Shown: positions 27,913-38,574 of the stretch, piece by piece
Numbering within the stretch: the stretch's first letter is position 1
How the letters are laid out: each line of letters opens with the position of its first letter
Source: Patescibacteria group bacterium
GTDB taxonomy: Bacteria > Patescibacteriota > Patescibacteriia > JAHIZJ01
Assembly (NCBI GenBank): GCA_041650335.1
Contig: JBAZLK010000001.1
Coordinates: 164,940-228,939, forward strand
Length of the DNA stretch: 64,000 bases
Direction: 5' to 3'
The notes under the pieces: model-generated
What the model saw: the letters and a program-made list of their open reading frames with translations, nothing else
What the model was told of the DNA's origin: nothing
The model's database searches: none
Made by a program: the position numbers and the translations under genes

Positions 27913-29004
27913 ATGCGGATTGCGATCATCAACGAATTGTATGGCACCGTGCGGCAAGGCGGCGAACAAGAAGCGATTTTTGAGTTAAGCAGGCGTTTAC
28001 AGGCCGACACGACGCTCCAGGTTGACATATATACCTATCGGGGCAGGGGCGGCGAGATTAAGATACCGACCGCTTGGCCGGCGCCGCTACGCCAACTTCC
28101 GTTTTTTCGCGAATTGTTTGTCTTGCCGCACGTCGGCCGGACGCTTGCGCCGGTCTTGGCTGGACGCTATGGCGCGATTATCACGTCGTCACCCATATTA
28201 TTCAGTCAGACGCCGCCGCCGGCCCCATTGATCTGCGTCTGTCATGCGATCCGGTCGCAAAAGGCGCAAAAGCTGGCACCTCAGTCGATTGGAAAACGAG
28301 CGCTATTTAATTCGTTTGTTCAAAGACGATTAGCGCGACTTGAACAGCGCGCCTTTCAGGCGGCAGCTTCGGTCGTGGTTTTGCGCGCGCGGATGAAGGA
28401 TTTTCTTGTAGCGACGTTAGCTATTCCATCGGATAAGATAACCATCCTGCCAAACGCCATTGATCAAAACCTCTTCCAGCCTGAATCGGTCGAAAAAGAA
28501 CATGTCCTCTTTGTCGGCCGGGCCACGGCCATGAAGGGCATTGACCTGCTTCTGGCGGCCGCACCGAATATCCAAGCGCCGGTCGTGGTCGTAACGAAAA
28601 TAGCACCAGTGAGCGTCCGCAAAAAAGCGAGTCAAGCCGGCGTAAAATTTATGTTTAATATTTCCCACGAGACAATGCCTCAGTTTTATCAGCGCGCTCA
28701 CTGTCTCGTTCTGCCGAGTCGCGATGAAGAAATGCCGCTGACCGTGCTCGAGGCGATGGCCTGCGGCTTGCCGATTGTTGTGACACGTGAAGCGGCGGCC
28801 GATATTATTCGAGACGGCGAAAACGGTTTTCTACTGAACACCGGGGAGCCGAAGGAGTTAGCCGAACGCGTGAATGTATTATTGGCGAATAAAAAATTAG
28901 CCGGTGAATTCGGCCAGCGCAATCGACAACTGATTGAGCAACAATATTCTTGGAATGGCTATCTTCGGACTTTCCGTGAGATTTTGACCAGGCTAGCGCC
29001 GTAG
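27913..29004 (+). CDS. GT4 glycosyltransferase
   Basis: Start taken at MRIAIINELYG (27913), 8 nt after the previous stop. EEMPLTVLEAMACGLPIVVTREAAADIIRDGENGFLL. Confidence 0.65.
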   Translation: MRIAIINELYGTVRQGGEQEAIFELSRRLQADTTLQVDIYTYRGRGGEIKIPTAWPAPLRQLPFFRELFVLPHVGRTLAPVLAGRYGAIITSSPILFSQTPPPAPLICVCHAIRSQKAQKLAPQSIGKRALFNSFVQRRLARLEQRAFQAAASVVVLRARMKDFLVATLAIPSDKITILPNAIDQNLFQPESVEKEHVLFVGRATAMKGIDLLLAAAPNIQAPVVVVTKIAPVSVRKKASQAGVKFMFNISHETMPQFYQRAHCLVLPSRDEEMPLTVLEAMACGLPIVVTREAAADIIRDGENGFLLNTGEPKELAERVNVLLANKKLAGEFGQRNRQLIEQQYSWNGYLRTFREILTRLAP

Positions 29005-30141
29005 GTTCTCGTACACCGGCAAGAGATCGTGCTCAACAATTTGTGGCCAGGTAAACCGTTCTATTGAGGAACGTGTATTTTTTTTCAGCCCAGCCAGTTT
29101 TTCAGAAAGCTCTAGAAAACCCACCTCGATTCCATTAATGCTATCAGGCACAATGAGGCCGTTATAGCCATTTCGTACGTAGGTTTCATTACCGGCCGTA
29201 TTTGTCGCTAAAACAGGCAATTCCGCCGCCAAGTACTCAGGCACCTTTAGGGGTGGTTGATGCTCGTATATGGCCATTTTTGGCACGTAGGACACAGCTG
29301 CATCGGCGATATTAAGCCAGCTCGATACCTCATGGTAAGGTACGCGGCCGGTAAAAAGGATTTCATTTCCAGCCAGCCGACCGGCTAACCGCTCTAGCTC
29401 GGGTCGGTCGTTTCCGTCGCCAAGGAGTATTAATTTACTTTTTGGAAGTTTTAGTAAAGCCTTGATAAAACCGGCCACCAGAATTCCGAGCCGGCGTTTG
29501 CGATCCAGCGTGCCCGAATAGATAAATACAGTCGTGTCGTCCGATATTGCCTGTTGTCGTCGTAGCTCAGTCCGTTTGACAATGTCGGTTTTAAATAATT
29601 CCGGGTTAACACCCAGGGGAATAGTTGGCGTTGTTTTCCCAGGGAATAATTTTTGACCAAGGCGTTCATCCAACGAAACCGTTACATCGGCCTGCCGGCG
29701 GGCGATACGAAAAGATACCTCGGCGACCTTTTGTCGGAGTCCCGGCCGGAGGGAGCCGGTTCGAATGTCGAATACTCGCCGCGCTGATCCGACCAACAGC
29801 CGCAAGCCGAACAGCGTAAAACCGGCAAACAAAAAAGGATTGAAAACGTGGATGATATCGATCGGCTCGGCAGCATTGAGTCGCCGGATTTTCTTGATCA
29901 GCGCGAACGCAAACCGCCCTGACAGCCAGACCGATTCCTGGTCAGAAAAGGGGAGCCGGTGGATCTGGATACCGTCGAGCGTTTCTTCAGCGGGCTGGTC
30001 GGGCTGTCGGCAACAGACAACGTGAACCCGGTGGCCGCGCCATGCTAAGACGCGCGCCAATTCAAGCGTTCCCGTTTTGCCGATGCAGGGCGGAAGATAG
30101 GCCAGGTGGGCGAATAGAATGGTAAATTTTTTGTTGGTCAT
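28993..30141 (-). CDS. GT4 glycosyltransferase
   Basis: FTGRVPYHEVSSWLNIADAAVSYVP...PLKVPEYLAAELPVLATNTAGNETYVRNGYNGLIV. Confidence 0.65.
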   Translation of the reverse strand: MTNKKFTILFAHLAYLPPCIGKTGTLELARVLAWRGHRVHVVCCRQPDQPAEETLDGIQIHRLPFSDQESVWLSGRFAFALIKKIRRLNAAEPIDIIHVFNPFLFAGFTLFGLRLLVGSARRVFDIRTGSLRPGLRQKVAEVSFRIARRQADVTVSLDERLGQKLFPGKTTPTIPLGVNPELFKTDIVKRTELRRQQAISDDTTVFIYSGTLDRKRRLGILVAGFIKALLKLPKSKLILLGDGNDRPELERLAGRLAGNEILFTGRVPYHEVSSWLNIADAAVSYVPKMAIYEHQPPLKVPEYLAAELPVLATNTAGNETYVRNGYNGLIVPDSINGIEVGFLELSEKLAGLKKNTRSSIERFTWPQIVEHDLLPVYENLRR

Positions 30142-30905
30142 TGTCCGAGGAGATAGCGGAGCGTTCTGATAAACAGCGCTCGATAATAATAGGGGTAATC
30201 GTTCCGATAATTTTTCAGATATTCCCGGTGGAGCGCAAACCGCTTGGCCCGTGACAGTGTCTGCGTAATAGCACCGGACGAAACACGGTAGGCAACACAG
30301 ATGTCAGGAAGATTATGCATTTTACCGACGCGGCCGAGCTTCAGATAAAATTCATAGTCAGAGGCGACCCGGTAGCGCGGATCATACCCGCCGATTGCCA
30401 GCGCGGCGTCGCGCCGGAAAACAGCCGTCGAGTTGGTGATCCGATTCGCGGCCAGCATGCCGGCGCGGATTTCCCGGTCAGTTTCTTTCCGGACGAGATC
30501 GCGGAGCGGCCGGCCCTGTTCATTGACGATGCGCACGCCAGTGCCGACAACGACGTAGTCAGGATGTTCTTCGAGAAAGGCTATTTGCTTTTTCAGTTTT
30601 GCATCGTCTATCCAATAATCATCATCGTCGATCTTGGCGATGTATTGTCCGCGGGCGCGATTCAAGCTGCGATTGGCCGAGGCGGCGATACCGAGCTGTT
30701 CCGGATTGGTGATGACCCGGACCCGGGAATCACTGTTGGCGAGGTAATCAAGGTAGCCTTTTGTTTCGTCGGTTGAATGGTCGTCGATGACAATGAGCTC
30801 AAGCTCGACGTCGCGCTGACGCAAAACGCTCTCAAGCGCTTGCTTGAGCCAGACGACCCGATTTCGGGTGTTGCAGGTGACGCTGATGAGCGGCTGATTT
30901 GCCAT
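30138..30905 (-). CDS. GT2 glycosyltransferase
   Basis: ISVTCNTRNR...LELIVIDDHSTDET...AKIDDDDYW (DxD). Confidence 0.7.
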   Translation of the reverse strand: MANQPLISVTCNTRNRVVWLKQALESVLRQRDVELELIVIDDHSTDETKGYLDYLANSDSRVRVITNPEQLGIAASANRSLNRARGQYIAKIDDDDYWIDDAKLKKQIAFLEEHPDYVVVGTGVRIVNEQGRPLRDLVRKETDREIRAGMLAANRITNSTAVFRRDAALAIGGYDPRYRVASDYEFYLKLGRVGKMHNLPDICVAYRVSSGAITQTLSRAKRFALHREYLKNYRNDYPYYYRALFIRTLRYLLGQ

Positions 30906-30928
30906 ACAAACTCACTGGATAATTACGG

Positions 30929-31573
30929 TTATGACGAGCGTTTTTCGCAAATAATGAAATAATGGTAGAGGTTTTCCTTCACCGGATAATGGCGTTTGAT
31001 GTCCCAGCCGTTGTTTTTTATATCGGCCAGGACTTTCCGCAGGGGCGTGTTCCGCGCGCCGATTTCCCAGTGGTGGACGCCGTCGTATTTCCATTTCTTC
31101 GGCCACAGGATAAATATTCTTGCCCAGGAGAACTTACGAAAAAACGGGCGGAACGTCAAGCTGGAAGAAAATTTCACGGCTCCACGCGCCGTGTAGGGAA
31201 GACTGATCACGAGATGCCGATTACAAACGTCTTTCAGGGCGGTCAGACTCCGGAGGAAATCGTCGTAGGTGATATGCTCAAACACTTGGCAGGCGAGGAC
31301 GAGATCGAACGCGGGCAGACGATAGGTGTTTATTTTTGACACGTCGCCCACGTAATCCGGCTTGTTCCCAGGGTCAAAGTCGAAACTAGAGAGTGCGATT
31401 CCCATTTGCTTGAGCGTATAGGCGACTACGCCGTTGCCGACCCCTATTTCAAGGACGTTTTTTGGCTGGAGCCGCCCGACCTCGTGGATTTGATACCAAA
31501 AAGAGTTCCAGCGTTCCAAGCTGAGATAGCGTTCTGAGGTGTAGGTGCCTTTTTGCTGGAGAGGGTAGGCCAT
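30929..31573 (-). CDS. Class I SAM-dependent methyltransferase
   Basis: VLEIGVGNGVVAYTLKQMG (motif I); FDLVLACQVFEHI. Confidence 0.65.
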   Translation of the reverse strand: MAYPLQQKGTYTSERYLSLERWNSFWYQIHEVGRLQPKNVLEIGVGNGVVAYTLKQMGIALSSFDFDPGNKPDYVGDVSKINTYRLPAFDLVLACQVFEHITYDDFLRSLTALKDVCNRHLVISLPYTARGAVKFSSSLTFRPFFRKFSWARIFILWPKKWKYDGVHHWEIGARNTPLRKVLADIKNNGWDIKRHYPVKENLYHYFIICEKRSS

Positions 31574-31618
31574 GGTTTTTCAGTCGAGTTCGTAAATATT
31601 TATAATCGTGAAAGCTGA

Positions 31619-32965
31619 TTACTCAACGGGATCAACCGGCGGTTCTTCAGTTATCGCCTCCGGTACAATTTTTGAAAAATAACGTTGCGATACAATCATA
31701 ACCCAGGCAATCGCTAATATGTTTAGAGCCACCTTTGTCCAGGCGGCGCCGATTGAACCGAACGAGGGAATGAAAATCAGGTTGAGGCCGATACAAAACA
31801 GTAACTGAGTGATATTCATAAAAGCGATCGCCCGAACGCGCTTGAGTCGATAGAGAACAACGATCAACGGATTTACCAACATGTTCATGCCGCTGGCGAT
31901 GAACAAAACGCGCAGGATCGGCGAGGCGTTTTCGTAGCGGTGGCCGAACATGAGATTGATGAGAAACGGCGAGAAAAAGACCAGGATGATAATTGAGACG
32001 ACAACCAGCGGGAAAAATTTCAAGATGGTTGCATAAAAGCGTTTTAGCCGCTCGCCGGTGTAGCGTGAGAGATGCGGTAAAAAGGTGCTGGTGACCGCGG
32101 TCGATGAGATGTTAAAAAAGTTGGCGAAGTTCATGGCGGCGTTATACAAACCGACGTCGTCAAGCGTGGTCATCCGCGTCAGGAAGAAGGTGTCGAGACG
32201 CATAAAGATCATTGAAGCGGCCAGCGAAACAGTAATCCATTTGCTGAAATGGAACGTTTCCCGCTGGACCGCGCGGTATTCTTCAATATTAACAGGCCGC
32301 CGGATCGGAAACGACGGAACGATAAAGGCGCCGAACATAAGGCCGAAGACCGTGGCGATGACGAGAATGCTGACGGCCGGGTTGGGCGTCAATTCATGTC
32401 TCAGCACATAGACGAATCCCAGCAGGAGTAGGATTTTCATCGCGCTGATGAAAATGTTGTATGAGACCTTGATCGCAAAGCGACGATATGACAACAAGAC
32501 CGATGAGATGAAGTTCTGAATATTAATAAGGAAAACCGCTATCAGCGCCAGGCGGAAGGGAGCGGCGACGGCTGGTTTATTGAAGATAAAATCCACCACC
32601 CAGTTTGAAAGAAGGAAGCCGGCCGTGCACAAGAGCGCTGATGAAAGCACCCGGTAGCGCAGCGAGACGTAAAAAATCGCTTTGGCGAGACGTTCCCGTC
32701 CTTCAGTCAAATGCTGCGAGGCGAAGCGGATGACGGTTGTGGTCAGGCCGGAGTCGGACAATTCAACGACGACGACCAGGATGGCGGTGGCAAAGGAATA
32801 GATACCAAAATTCTCGACCGACATGTTACGCGAGACCAGCACGGAAAAACCAAAAACCAGCAAGGCATTGACGAAATTGCCGATAAACATGATCACTGTA
32901 TCCCGGGAAACGCGGGAGCGGGAGGCGTGAATGAGATCGTATAGGTAGGCCGATGCTTTACCCAT
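31619..32965 (-). CDS. Wzx-like oligo/polysaccharide flippase (MOP superfamily)
   Basis: 448 aa, about 12-14 TM helices, with an N-terminal basic segment and typical Wzx spacing. Confidence 0.6.
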   Translation of the reverse strand: MGKASAYLYDLIHASRSRVSRDTVIMFIGNFVNALLVFGFSVLVSRNMSVENFGIYSFATAILVVVVELSDSGLTTTVIRFASQHLTEGRERLAKAIFYVSLRYRVLSSALLCTAGFLLSNWVVDFIFNKPAVAAPFRLALIAVFLINIQNFISSVLLSYRRFAIKVSYNIFISAMKILLLLGFVYVLRHELTPNPAVSILVIATVFGLMFGAFIVPSFPIRRPVNIEEYRAVQRETFHFSKWITVSLAASMIFMRLDTFFLTRMTTLDDVGLYNAAMNFANFFNISSTAVTSTFLPHLSRYTGERLKRFYATILKFFPLVVVSIIILVFFSPFLINLMFGHRYENASPILRVLFIASGMNMLVNPLIVVLYRLKRVRAIAFMNITQLLFCIGLNLIFIPSFGSIGAAWTKVALNILAIAWVMIVSQRYFSKIVPEAITEEPPVDPVE

Positions 32966-34517
32966 GGGGGCGGGGATTATGGTGGGGTTGTAATTCGATG
33001 TGGCCGCGCCAGTTTATCGGCGCAATGAATTGAAGATGCATATCATCGATTGGTTGCGATGATAAGATATTAACATTTTCTGGGGTGATACCTGCAAAAT
33101 TGATCATTGGATTTTTTCGGATCTCGTTTAACGACGGTATTTTTGCGTAATCAAAGCCCATGATTTTCGCCGCGACGAAATCAACCGCTAAAGGGTGAAA
33201 GCCGGCCAGGACAAGGCCCGCTTTTTTGGGCAAGCACTCCATCGGTCCCTCTTTCTCTCCGGCGGTGATTCCATCGACGAGACAAAAATAATTACGCTGC
33301 CGGTCGTGATGCAGACGGCCGGCCCGATCAGCGTAAAAGAGGATGTAATTAAGGTCGGCGATCGTCCGCCAAACGGTGTCGTTTCCATACCAGCTGCCCT
33401 CAGAAAAAACTCCTGGTGGCGGAAAAAGTATCTGGTACGTCTTTCGATCAGCCTGAGGATAAACGGATTTGAATTTATCATAATCCGCTTGATCAGTTGC
33501 GGTTGCGATTCTATTATGTCCGTATTCCAAAACACGGCGCACCTTTTTCAGTACCGTTGCCAGCCAGACGCCGACGAATTGATGCCGCTTTAACATAGAA
33601 AAAATTCGGGATTTCGCCAGTCGCCAAAACGCGATTTTCGGATATTCGTCACCGCCCGTGCCGATCTTTCCGACACGATGATGGGCGATCCAACGTTTAT
33701 CGCCGTTGATGCCGATGATATTTTTTAAGGCGACGGTGAGACCCGCCTTGCGGTGAGTTTTTAATTTCGGCACGTTGATAAATAAATCGGCCGAAAGCAT
33801 GGTTTTGGCGATATAGTATTCATTAACCTCGCCATGATGATGTTGGCTGACCGATCCCCGCGTGTAGTCGGTTATCATCAATCGTTCCGAATATTCACGA
33901 ATCGGATATAAGGCGCTTGAGCGATTCAAGTCGATGCTGGCATAGCCTTGCGGATCGCGTTCTTTGAATTCGCGTTTCGAAATAATCTTTTCTGAGTTGA
34001 AATATGAAATTTCCTTCCGTAAATCTAGCAATTCAAGCTGTATGTTTTGAGCGCGATAATACTCGACCAAGTCGCGCAGCCCGCTCTCGGTGATGACCTC
34101 GTTCCAATCAGAGCTTTGGAGAATGCAATCAGCGATAATTATCTGGCAATTACCGTTCGTGGAAAGCAAAAGATAATCGATAACCGGACGGATAACCGAG
34201 GCGTGGGTGATAATACTGAGCACACCCGCGTGGCCAAGCGGGTGATTTCCTCTGACGAGATTCGGTTTAATAACAACGCGCTGTCCGGGCTTGATGAGTT
34301 CGCGAAAGGGTTTCCACCCCGGCGTTCCGACGTGACCGCGATCGAGGCCGAGCTGGATAAATAATTCACGAACCTGGTTGTACACCTGGTTCGCGGGGTC
34401 GCGATCTGGTTGATAGGGGAGGGAGGCAAATTCGAGATATTGGTTCGGCGGATGGTACGGCGGATCGGGATAATCGCACCGGGCGTCCTGTACCATGCCG
34501 ACGTCATGGTAGTTCAT
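32958..34517 (-). CDS. DUF362-domain protein (COG2006-like), function unknown
   Basis: GQRVVIKPNLV... and DLFINVPKLKTHRKAGLTVALKNIIGI match the conserved KPN and PKLKTH...KN motifs of DUF362. Confidence 0.5.
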   Translation of the reverse strand: MNYHDVGMVQDARCDYPDPPYHPPNQYLEFASLPYQPDRDPANQVYNQVRELFIQLGLDRGHVGTPGWKPFRELIKPGQRVVIKPNLVRGNHPLGHAGVLSIITHASVIRPVIDYLLLSTNGNCQIIIADCILQSSDWNEVITESGLRDLVEYYRAQNIQLELLDLRKEISYFNSEKIISKREFKERDPQGYASIDLNRSSALYPIREYSERLMITDYTRGSVSQHHHGEVNEYYIAKTMLSADLFINVPKLKTHRKAGLTVALKNIIGINGDKRWIAHHRVGKIGTGGDEYPKIAFWRLAKSRIFSMLKRHQFVGVWLATVLKKVRRVLEYGHNRIATATDQADYDKFKSVYPQADRKTYQILFPPPGVFSEGSWYGNDTVWRTIADLNYILFYADRAGRLHHDRQRNYFCLVDGITAGEKEGPMECLPKKAGLVLAGFHPLAVDFVAAKIMGFDYAKIPSLNEIRKNPMINFAGITPENVNILSSQPIDDMHLQFIAPINWRGHIELQPHHNPRPHG

Positions 34518-37492
34518 GGTGCGCTTGGTGAGTTAACGAAATTTAGATTATAAATCCGCGTACACTTGTCATCAACTGGCGGCGGATCACCAAATTGATC
34601 GGTCAGGGCGATCATGAGTTCATGGGCTCCCGGTGTAATATTGGTCAGCGGCATACTGACATGTTCGTGCTCCCGTCCGATGGTGGCTCGGCCGATTACA
34701 CTCCGATCCTGAGACAGTGTCAGGAGGTATGTTTTCTTTGTTGAGCAGGTAAAGGACCAAAAATCGAGGGTGGCCGATGTTGTTTTGGCGCTGGGGTTAT
34801 TTAAAACCAGCGTGGCGTCGTTTTTGACATAACGTTTCAATTCACGATCGTTGCTGTTTGAAATTGACCCCCAATTTTTATCGATGTAGGCGTATGGTTC
34901 TTGGTCGGCTGAGCTGAGTTGATAGAGAGTGTATTGTTTTGCGTTGAACAGTTTCTTGAAAGCCGGATCGGCTACCGTTACGAGCCTGTCGATATAAGCG
35001 ATTTCCTGATTACTCAGATACCTTTTATCGACAACCAGATATTGTATATTTTGTACAGCCAGGTTCCTTCGCACCAGTCCGGCGTAATAACCGGTGGCAT
35101 ACAGATCGTGACTGATTCTTGCCGTCGTATCAATCTGATGTTGAATCGGCTGGCTCAGTAAATCTCGTAAAAAGGGCTCGTTATTTTTGATCACCAGCGG
35201 CGAACCGTCAGCGGCATCAGCCAATCGGTTCATCAAATCGTCGGTTGTTAGAAATCGTGCCGAGTCGACGGTCGATTGGTCGTGACTGGCAAAAGGGTAC
35301 CACAAGATGTTGCTGGCGGTATAATTTGCGGTCCCGATACTTTCTAAAACGTCGGCCTCGATCGGGTTTTCTGATGTTTGTATCCTTTCTACGGTCACTG
35401 GGTATTTATCCAGGTCAAGGGAATCGTTTGTTTCTGGGTCATGGACGACAAACGTCAGTTCATGCTCGCCCGGGAAAGCATCAAAATCAAGCCTGACAGT
35501 TTTCAGATATGGGCCAATTTCTTGTCGTCCGATGGTTCTATTGCCATAGATAACATCAAGCGTAGCGAGGTCGTTCGTTGTACGCAGAGTGATATCGATT
35601 TCTGCATTCTCATCGGTTGTGGAGAAATTTTTCACCAACACGGTGCTATTCGACTGGAGGGTTCGGTACTTCACGCGGTCGTCATTGTATTGGAGATCGG
35701 ACCAGTTGTCGCCGAGCGTTAGATAGAGCTGTTTTGGCAAAGGGCGGGTATCGAGCTCATACACTAAAGTATCCCTGGTATCTTCTTTATTGATGACAGA
35801 GAGGTTCGTCTCAATAAACTTTTTGATCTCATTGTACTGCTCGAGCGTTAAAAACTGCTTGCCCTCGCCGACGAATTGCTTATCGACGATAATGTATCGT
35901 ATGTTCTGTTCGGACAAGTACGGCTGGGCAATACGCGAATAATCGTAATAGATTATGTCAGAGTTTTCTTTTCCTGACGGGATAAAATACAGCAAATTGT
36001 TTATGCCGGGCGTATTTAGGTCTGCTTGTTGCCGTTCCCAGTTTTTTCTGGCAAAGTCAAACTTACCAATGACGTTCTTATTATGAAACGTATTGTAGTA
36101 CTTCACTTTTGAAGCGTATAAATAGTTCGAGATGATGGGTAATTCGATGACGGAAAAATCGCCCGGTTCATTGCCAAGCTTTTTATACGCAGCGGGTACA
36201 GTGACGGAGTTCGTGACTGTGCTAGGAAGGAATTCGATCAGAAGCAATAGCGTTATTCCAAGCAAAAGCCGCCGTTTCGTATTTTGACCGCTAAATTTTT
36301 TCTCAAGTAAATATGAAAATCCAAAGGCACTGAGGACCGACAACGAGAGTAGGCCGATGACGAACAAGCGTCCAACGGTCCGCATATTCTCGAGAAACGG
36401 AACGTAATGGTACAAAAAGAGATAGGGTAGGGGAACGCTCGGTTTGACCGTGCCGAGGAAATGGAGAAACGGTCCCAGTGAAAAAATGGCAAAAGCGGCC
36501 AGGAGAATAATCCAGAGCCGGACTTGAACATCATGTTTTCGTGAGCGCCAGCCAATGAGAGCGAGGATCAAGGCGGCAAAGCCGACATAGGCCGAGTATT
36601 CGGCCGGATTGCCCGTAAACGTGTTCGCCACGTGGTCGGCGAAAAACGATCCCCAGATCGGGTGAGCTGAAGCTGGGGTAAGAAAACCGACCGCGTCATT
36701 GGAATAATTAACCGCCTGTTCGAGTCCGGGGTTGAGATAATTATTCTGGGAGGTGGCGATATTTATCCAGTCGCTGTATTTCGTGATCAGGAGCAGAAAC
36801 GAGAGTGCGATACCCACCCCGAGCGTAATCATGAGTCGCTTGTTTTTGAAAACCTCCCTCCGGGCCAAGGCGTAATAGATAATCAGGCCGGCGCTCAGTA
36901 AAAGGGTGGCGACGGCAAAGTGGACTTCGTTGACGGCAATGAGCGCAAAAAATATGACCGCTGGTACCAGGTAGCGCAAGCGACCGGTGTCGAACAGCTT
37001 AAAAAAGAAGAGGACGTAGAAGGGAATGAACTCCAGGTGGGTCGCCCCGCCAAAGCCCATGCTGTAGGCGACGTGCAAGGGGGCAAAACTGAAGACGAAT
37101 CCGGCGATCATCGAGCCCCAGAAGTTTTTCGTCAGATAGCGAGCCAAAAGAAAAGCGCCGAGTCCGGCAAAGATATAGGAACCAAGCCAGACAAGATTAT
37201 AGGCCAAAAGGTCGCCGAACAATAATGAAAAAAGTGCCCGGATCGTGCTGAGCTCAAAAATATTTTTTATTACATAGACAAGCGCGTTTACCACCCCGTC
37301 GCTGATCAATTGATTGTGGATGGTAATTTGCTGGGCGTAAATTGGCCAAGCGTCGTTATCGCCGATTAACTTATGCCCCATCACCAAGACGGTCGGCAGA
37401 AAATATCCGACGCTGATCAATATAAAAAAGCAGAACGCGAAGAGCGCGCTATGCCGCTTGAATATTGTGGCTGAAAGACGCATAAAAAACAC
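34514..37492 (-). CDS. Very large (992 aa) polytopic membrane protein: N-terminal ~430-aa TM domain (YfhO/GT-C-like) plus a ~550-aa extracytoplasmic domain
   Basis: Many TM helices in the first 430 aa (for example FAFCFFILISVGYFLPTVLVM). The remainder is hydrophilic with no recognisable domain. Confidence 0.45.
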   Translation of the reverse strand: MFFMRLSATIFKRHSALFAFCFFILISVGYFLPTVLVMGHKLIGDNDAWPIYAQQITIHNQLISDGVVNALVYVIKNIFELSTIRALFSLLFGDLLAYNLVWLGSYIFAGLGAFLLARYLTKNFWGSMIAGFVFSFAPLHVAYSMGFGGATHLEFIPFYVLFFFKLFDTGRLRYLVPAVIFFALIAVNEVHFAVATLLLSAGLIIYYALARREVFKNKRLMITLGVGIALSFLLLITKYSDWINIATSQNNYLNPGLEQAVNYSNDAVGFLTPASAHPIWGSFFADHVANTFTGNPAEYSAYVGFAALILALIGWRSRKHDVQVRLWIILLAAFAIFSLGPFLHFLGTVKPSVPLPYLFLYHYVPFLENMRTVGRLFVIGLLSLSVLSAFGFSYLLEKKFSGQNTKRRLLLGITLLLLIEFLPSTVTNSVTVPAAYKKLGNEPGDFSVIELPIISNYLYASKVKYYNTFHNKNVIGKFDFARKNWERQQADLNTPGINNLLYFIPSGKENSDIIYYDYSRIAQPYLSEQNIRYIIVDKQFVGEGKQFLTLEQYNEIKKFIETNLSVINKEDTRDTLVYELDTRPLPKQLYLTLGDNWSDLQYNDDRVKYRTLQSNSTVLVKNFSTTDENAEIDITLRTTNDLATLDVIYGNRTIGRQEIGPYLKTVRLDFDAFPGEHELTFVVHDPETNDSLDLDKYPVTVERIQTSENPIEADVLESIGTANYTASNILWYPFASHDQSTVDSARFLTTDDLMNRLADAADGSPLVIKNNEPFLRDLLSQPIQHQIDTTARISHDLYATGYYAGLVRRNLAVQNIQYLVVDKRYLSNQEIAYIDRLVTVADPAFKKLFNAKQYTLYQLSSADQEPYAYIDKNWGSISNSNDRELKRYVKNDATLVLNNPSAKTTSATLDFWSFTCSTKKTYLLTLSQDRSVIGRATIGREHEHVSMPLTNITPGAHELMIALTDQFGDPPPVDDKCTRIYNLNFVNSPSAP

Positions 37493-37645
37493 GTTTAGTT
37501 AAGCGCAATCACTGCCTATCATAACATAAGAGGCGATATTTGGCTATCTCTTTGAAATTCAGGTTTGTGACTGGTCAAAAGTATTTTCTAGAAGGGCGGC
37601 AATGCTGATGACGAGATGGCGCAACCGTTCGAGAAGCAAAAGGGG

Positions 37646-38455
37646 CTAAACGTCGCGTATTTTTTTTACCAGGATATCCAGCGTTCTGACGTTGCGATCG
37701 TTCACGTCGTACTGAGAAAAATAGGGACTGATTTTTTTCGGAAATTTGCTGTCCGGATTCCGATATTTGAAGAGATACCGTATTTCAAAACCGTTGGCTT
37801 GAAACAATCCGATCCAGTCCGAACAACGTAACCGGTTGGTATAAAAAATAGTGCCACTCGTTGATGATTCCCAGGTGGACTCGTCGTATTTGTAGAAATT
37901 AAATGGTGCCGCGCGGCCATTGAGGTGATCCTTCAAATCAATTTGATGGAATGAATACCCGCCTGTTTTGAGCGCTTGGTTGATGTTTTTCACAGCCTGC
38001 GCGCATGAGTTCCGGGAGAGGTGTTCCAGGACAGCATTTGAAATGGCAATATCGAAGTAGCCGGCGTATGTTTTTGTCCGATGTTCGGAAGTCAGATCCA
38101 GTTTGATAAACTTCAAACGAGCCGGCCCGGATAAGGCCGCATCGGCGGCATCGTTGCGTCGATATGGGTCACTGGCCACAAACTCGCTGACGCCGCAGTG
38201 CTTGATGAAATAGTCGCCGAGGCGGGGAAGGTTACCGCTCCCGAGCTCCAATATGCGGGTGCCGGGGAGGGGGACGCCGTTTTTTTGAAAAACATCATAG
38301 ACAGAGGTAAAGATTCGATGATAGTAGGCGTCGTTTTTATCGCTCCAGCCTTTACGCAAGAGCCACCCGTTTACCGACGGGATTTTCTTTATGAGCGACG
38401 TGAGTTTCAGTTCAAAACCCAGGGCGGTAAAAACTCCAAATATTTTTCTAGACAT
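37646..38455 (-). CDS. Class I SAM-dependent methyltransferase
   Basis: GTRILELGSGNLPRLGDYF (motif I); FDIAISNAVLEHL. Confidence 0.65.
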   Translation of the reverse strand: MSRKIFGVFTALGFELKLTSLIKKIPSVNGWLLRKGWSDKNDAYYHRIFTSVYDVFQKNGVPLPGTRILELGSGNLPRLGDYFIKHCGVSEFVASDPYRRNDAADAALSGPARLKFIKLDLTSEHRTKTYAGYFDIAISNAVLEHLSRNSCAQAVKNINQALKTGGYSFHQIDLKDHLNGRAAPFNFYKYDESTWESSTSGTIFYTNRLRCSDWIGLFQANGFEIRYLFKYRNPDSKFPKKISPYFSQYDVNDRNVRTLDILVKKIRDV

Positions 38456-38574
38456 ATGATTTACGGTTAGTCGAGCGCAGACGTTAGGTATTAAATCGAT
38501 TATCTTTCAGGGCAACCCCGACAACAATAGTATAGTTACTACACATTCTTTCTGCAACCGCGCAGATCCAGTGG

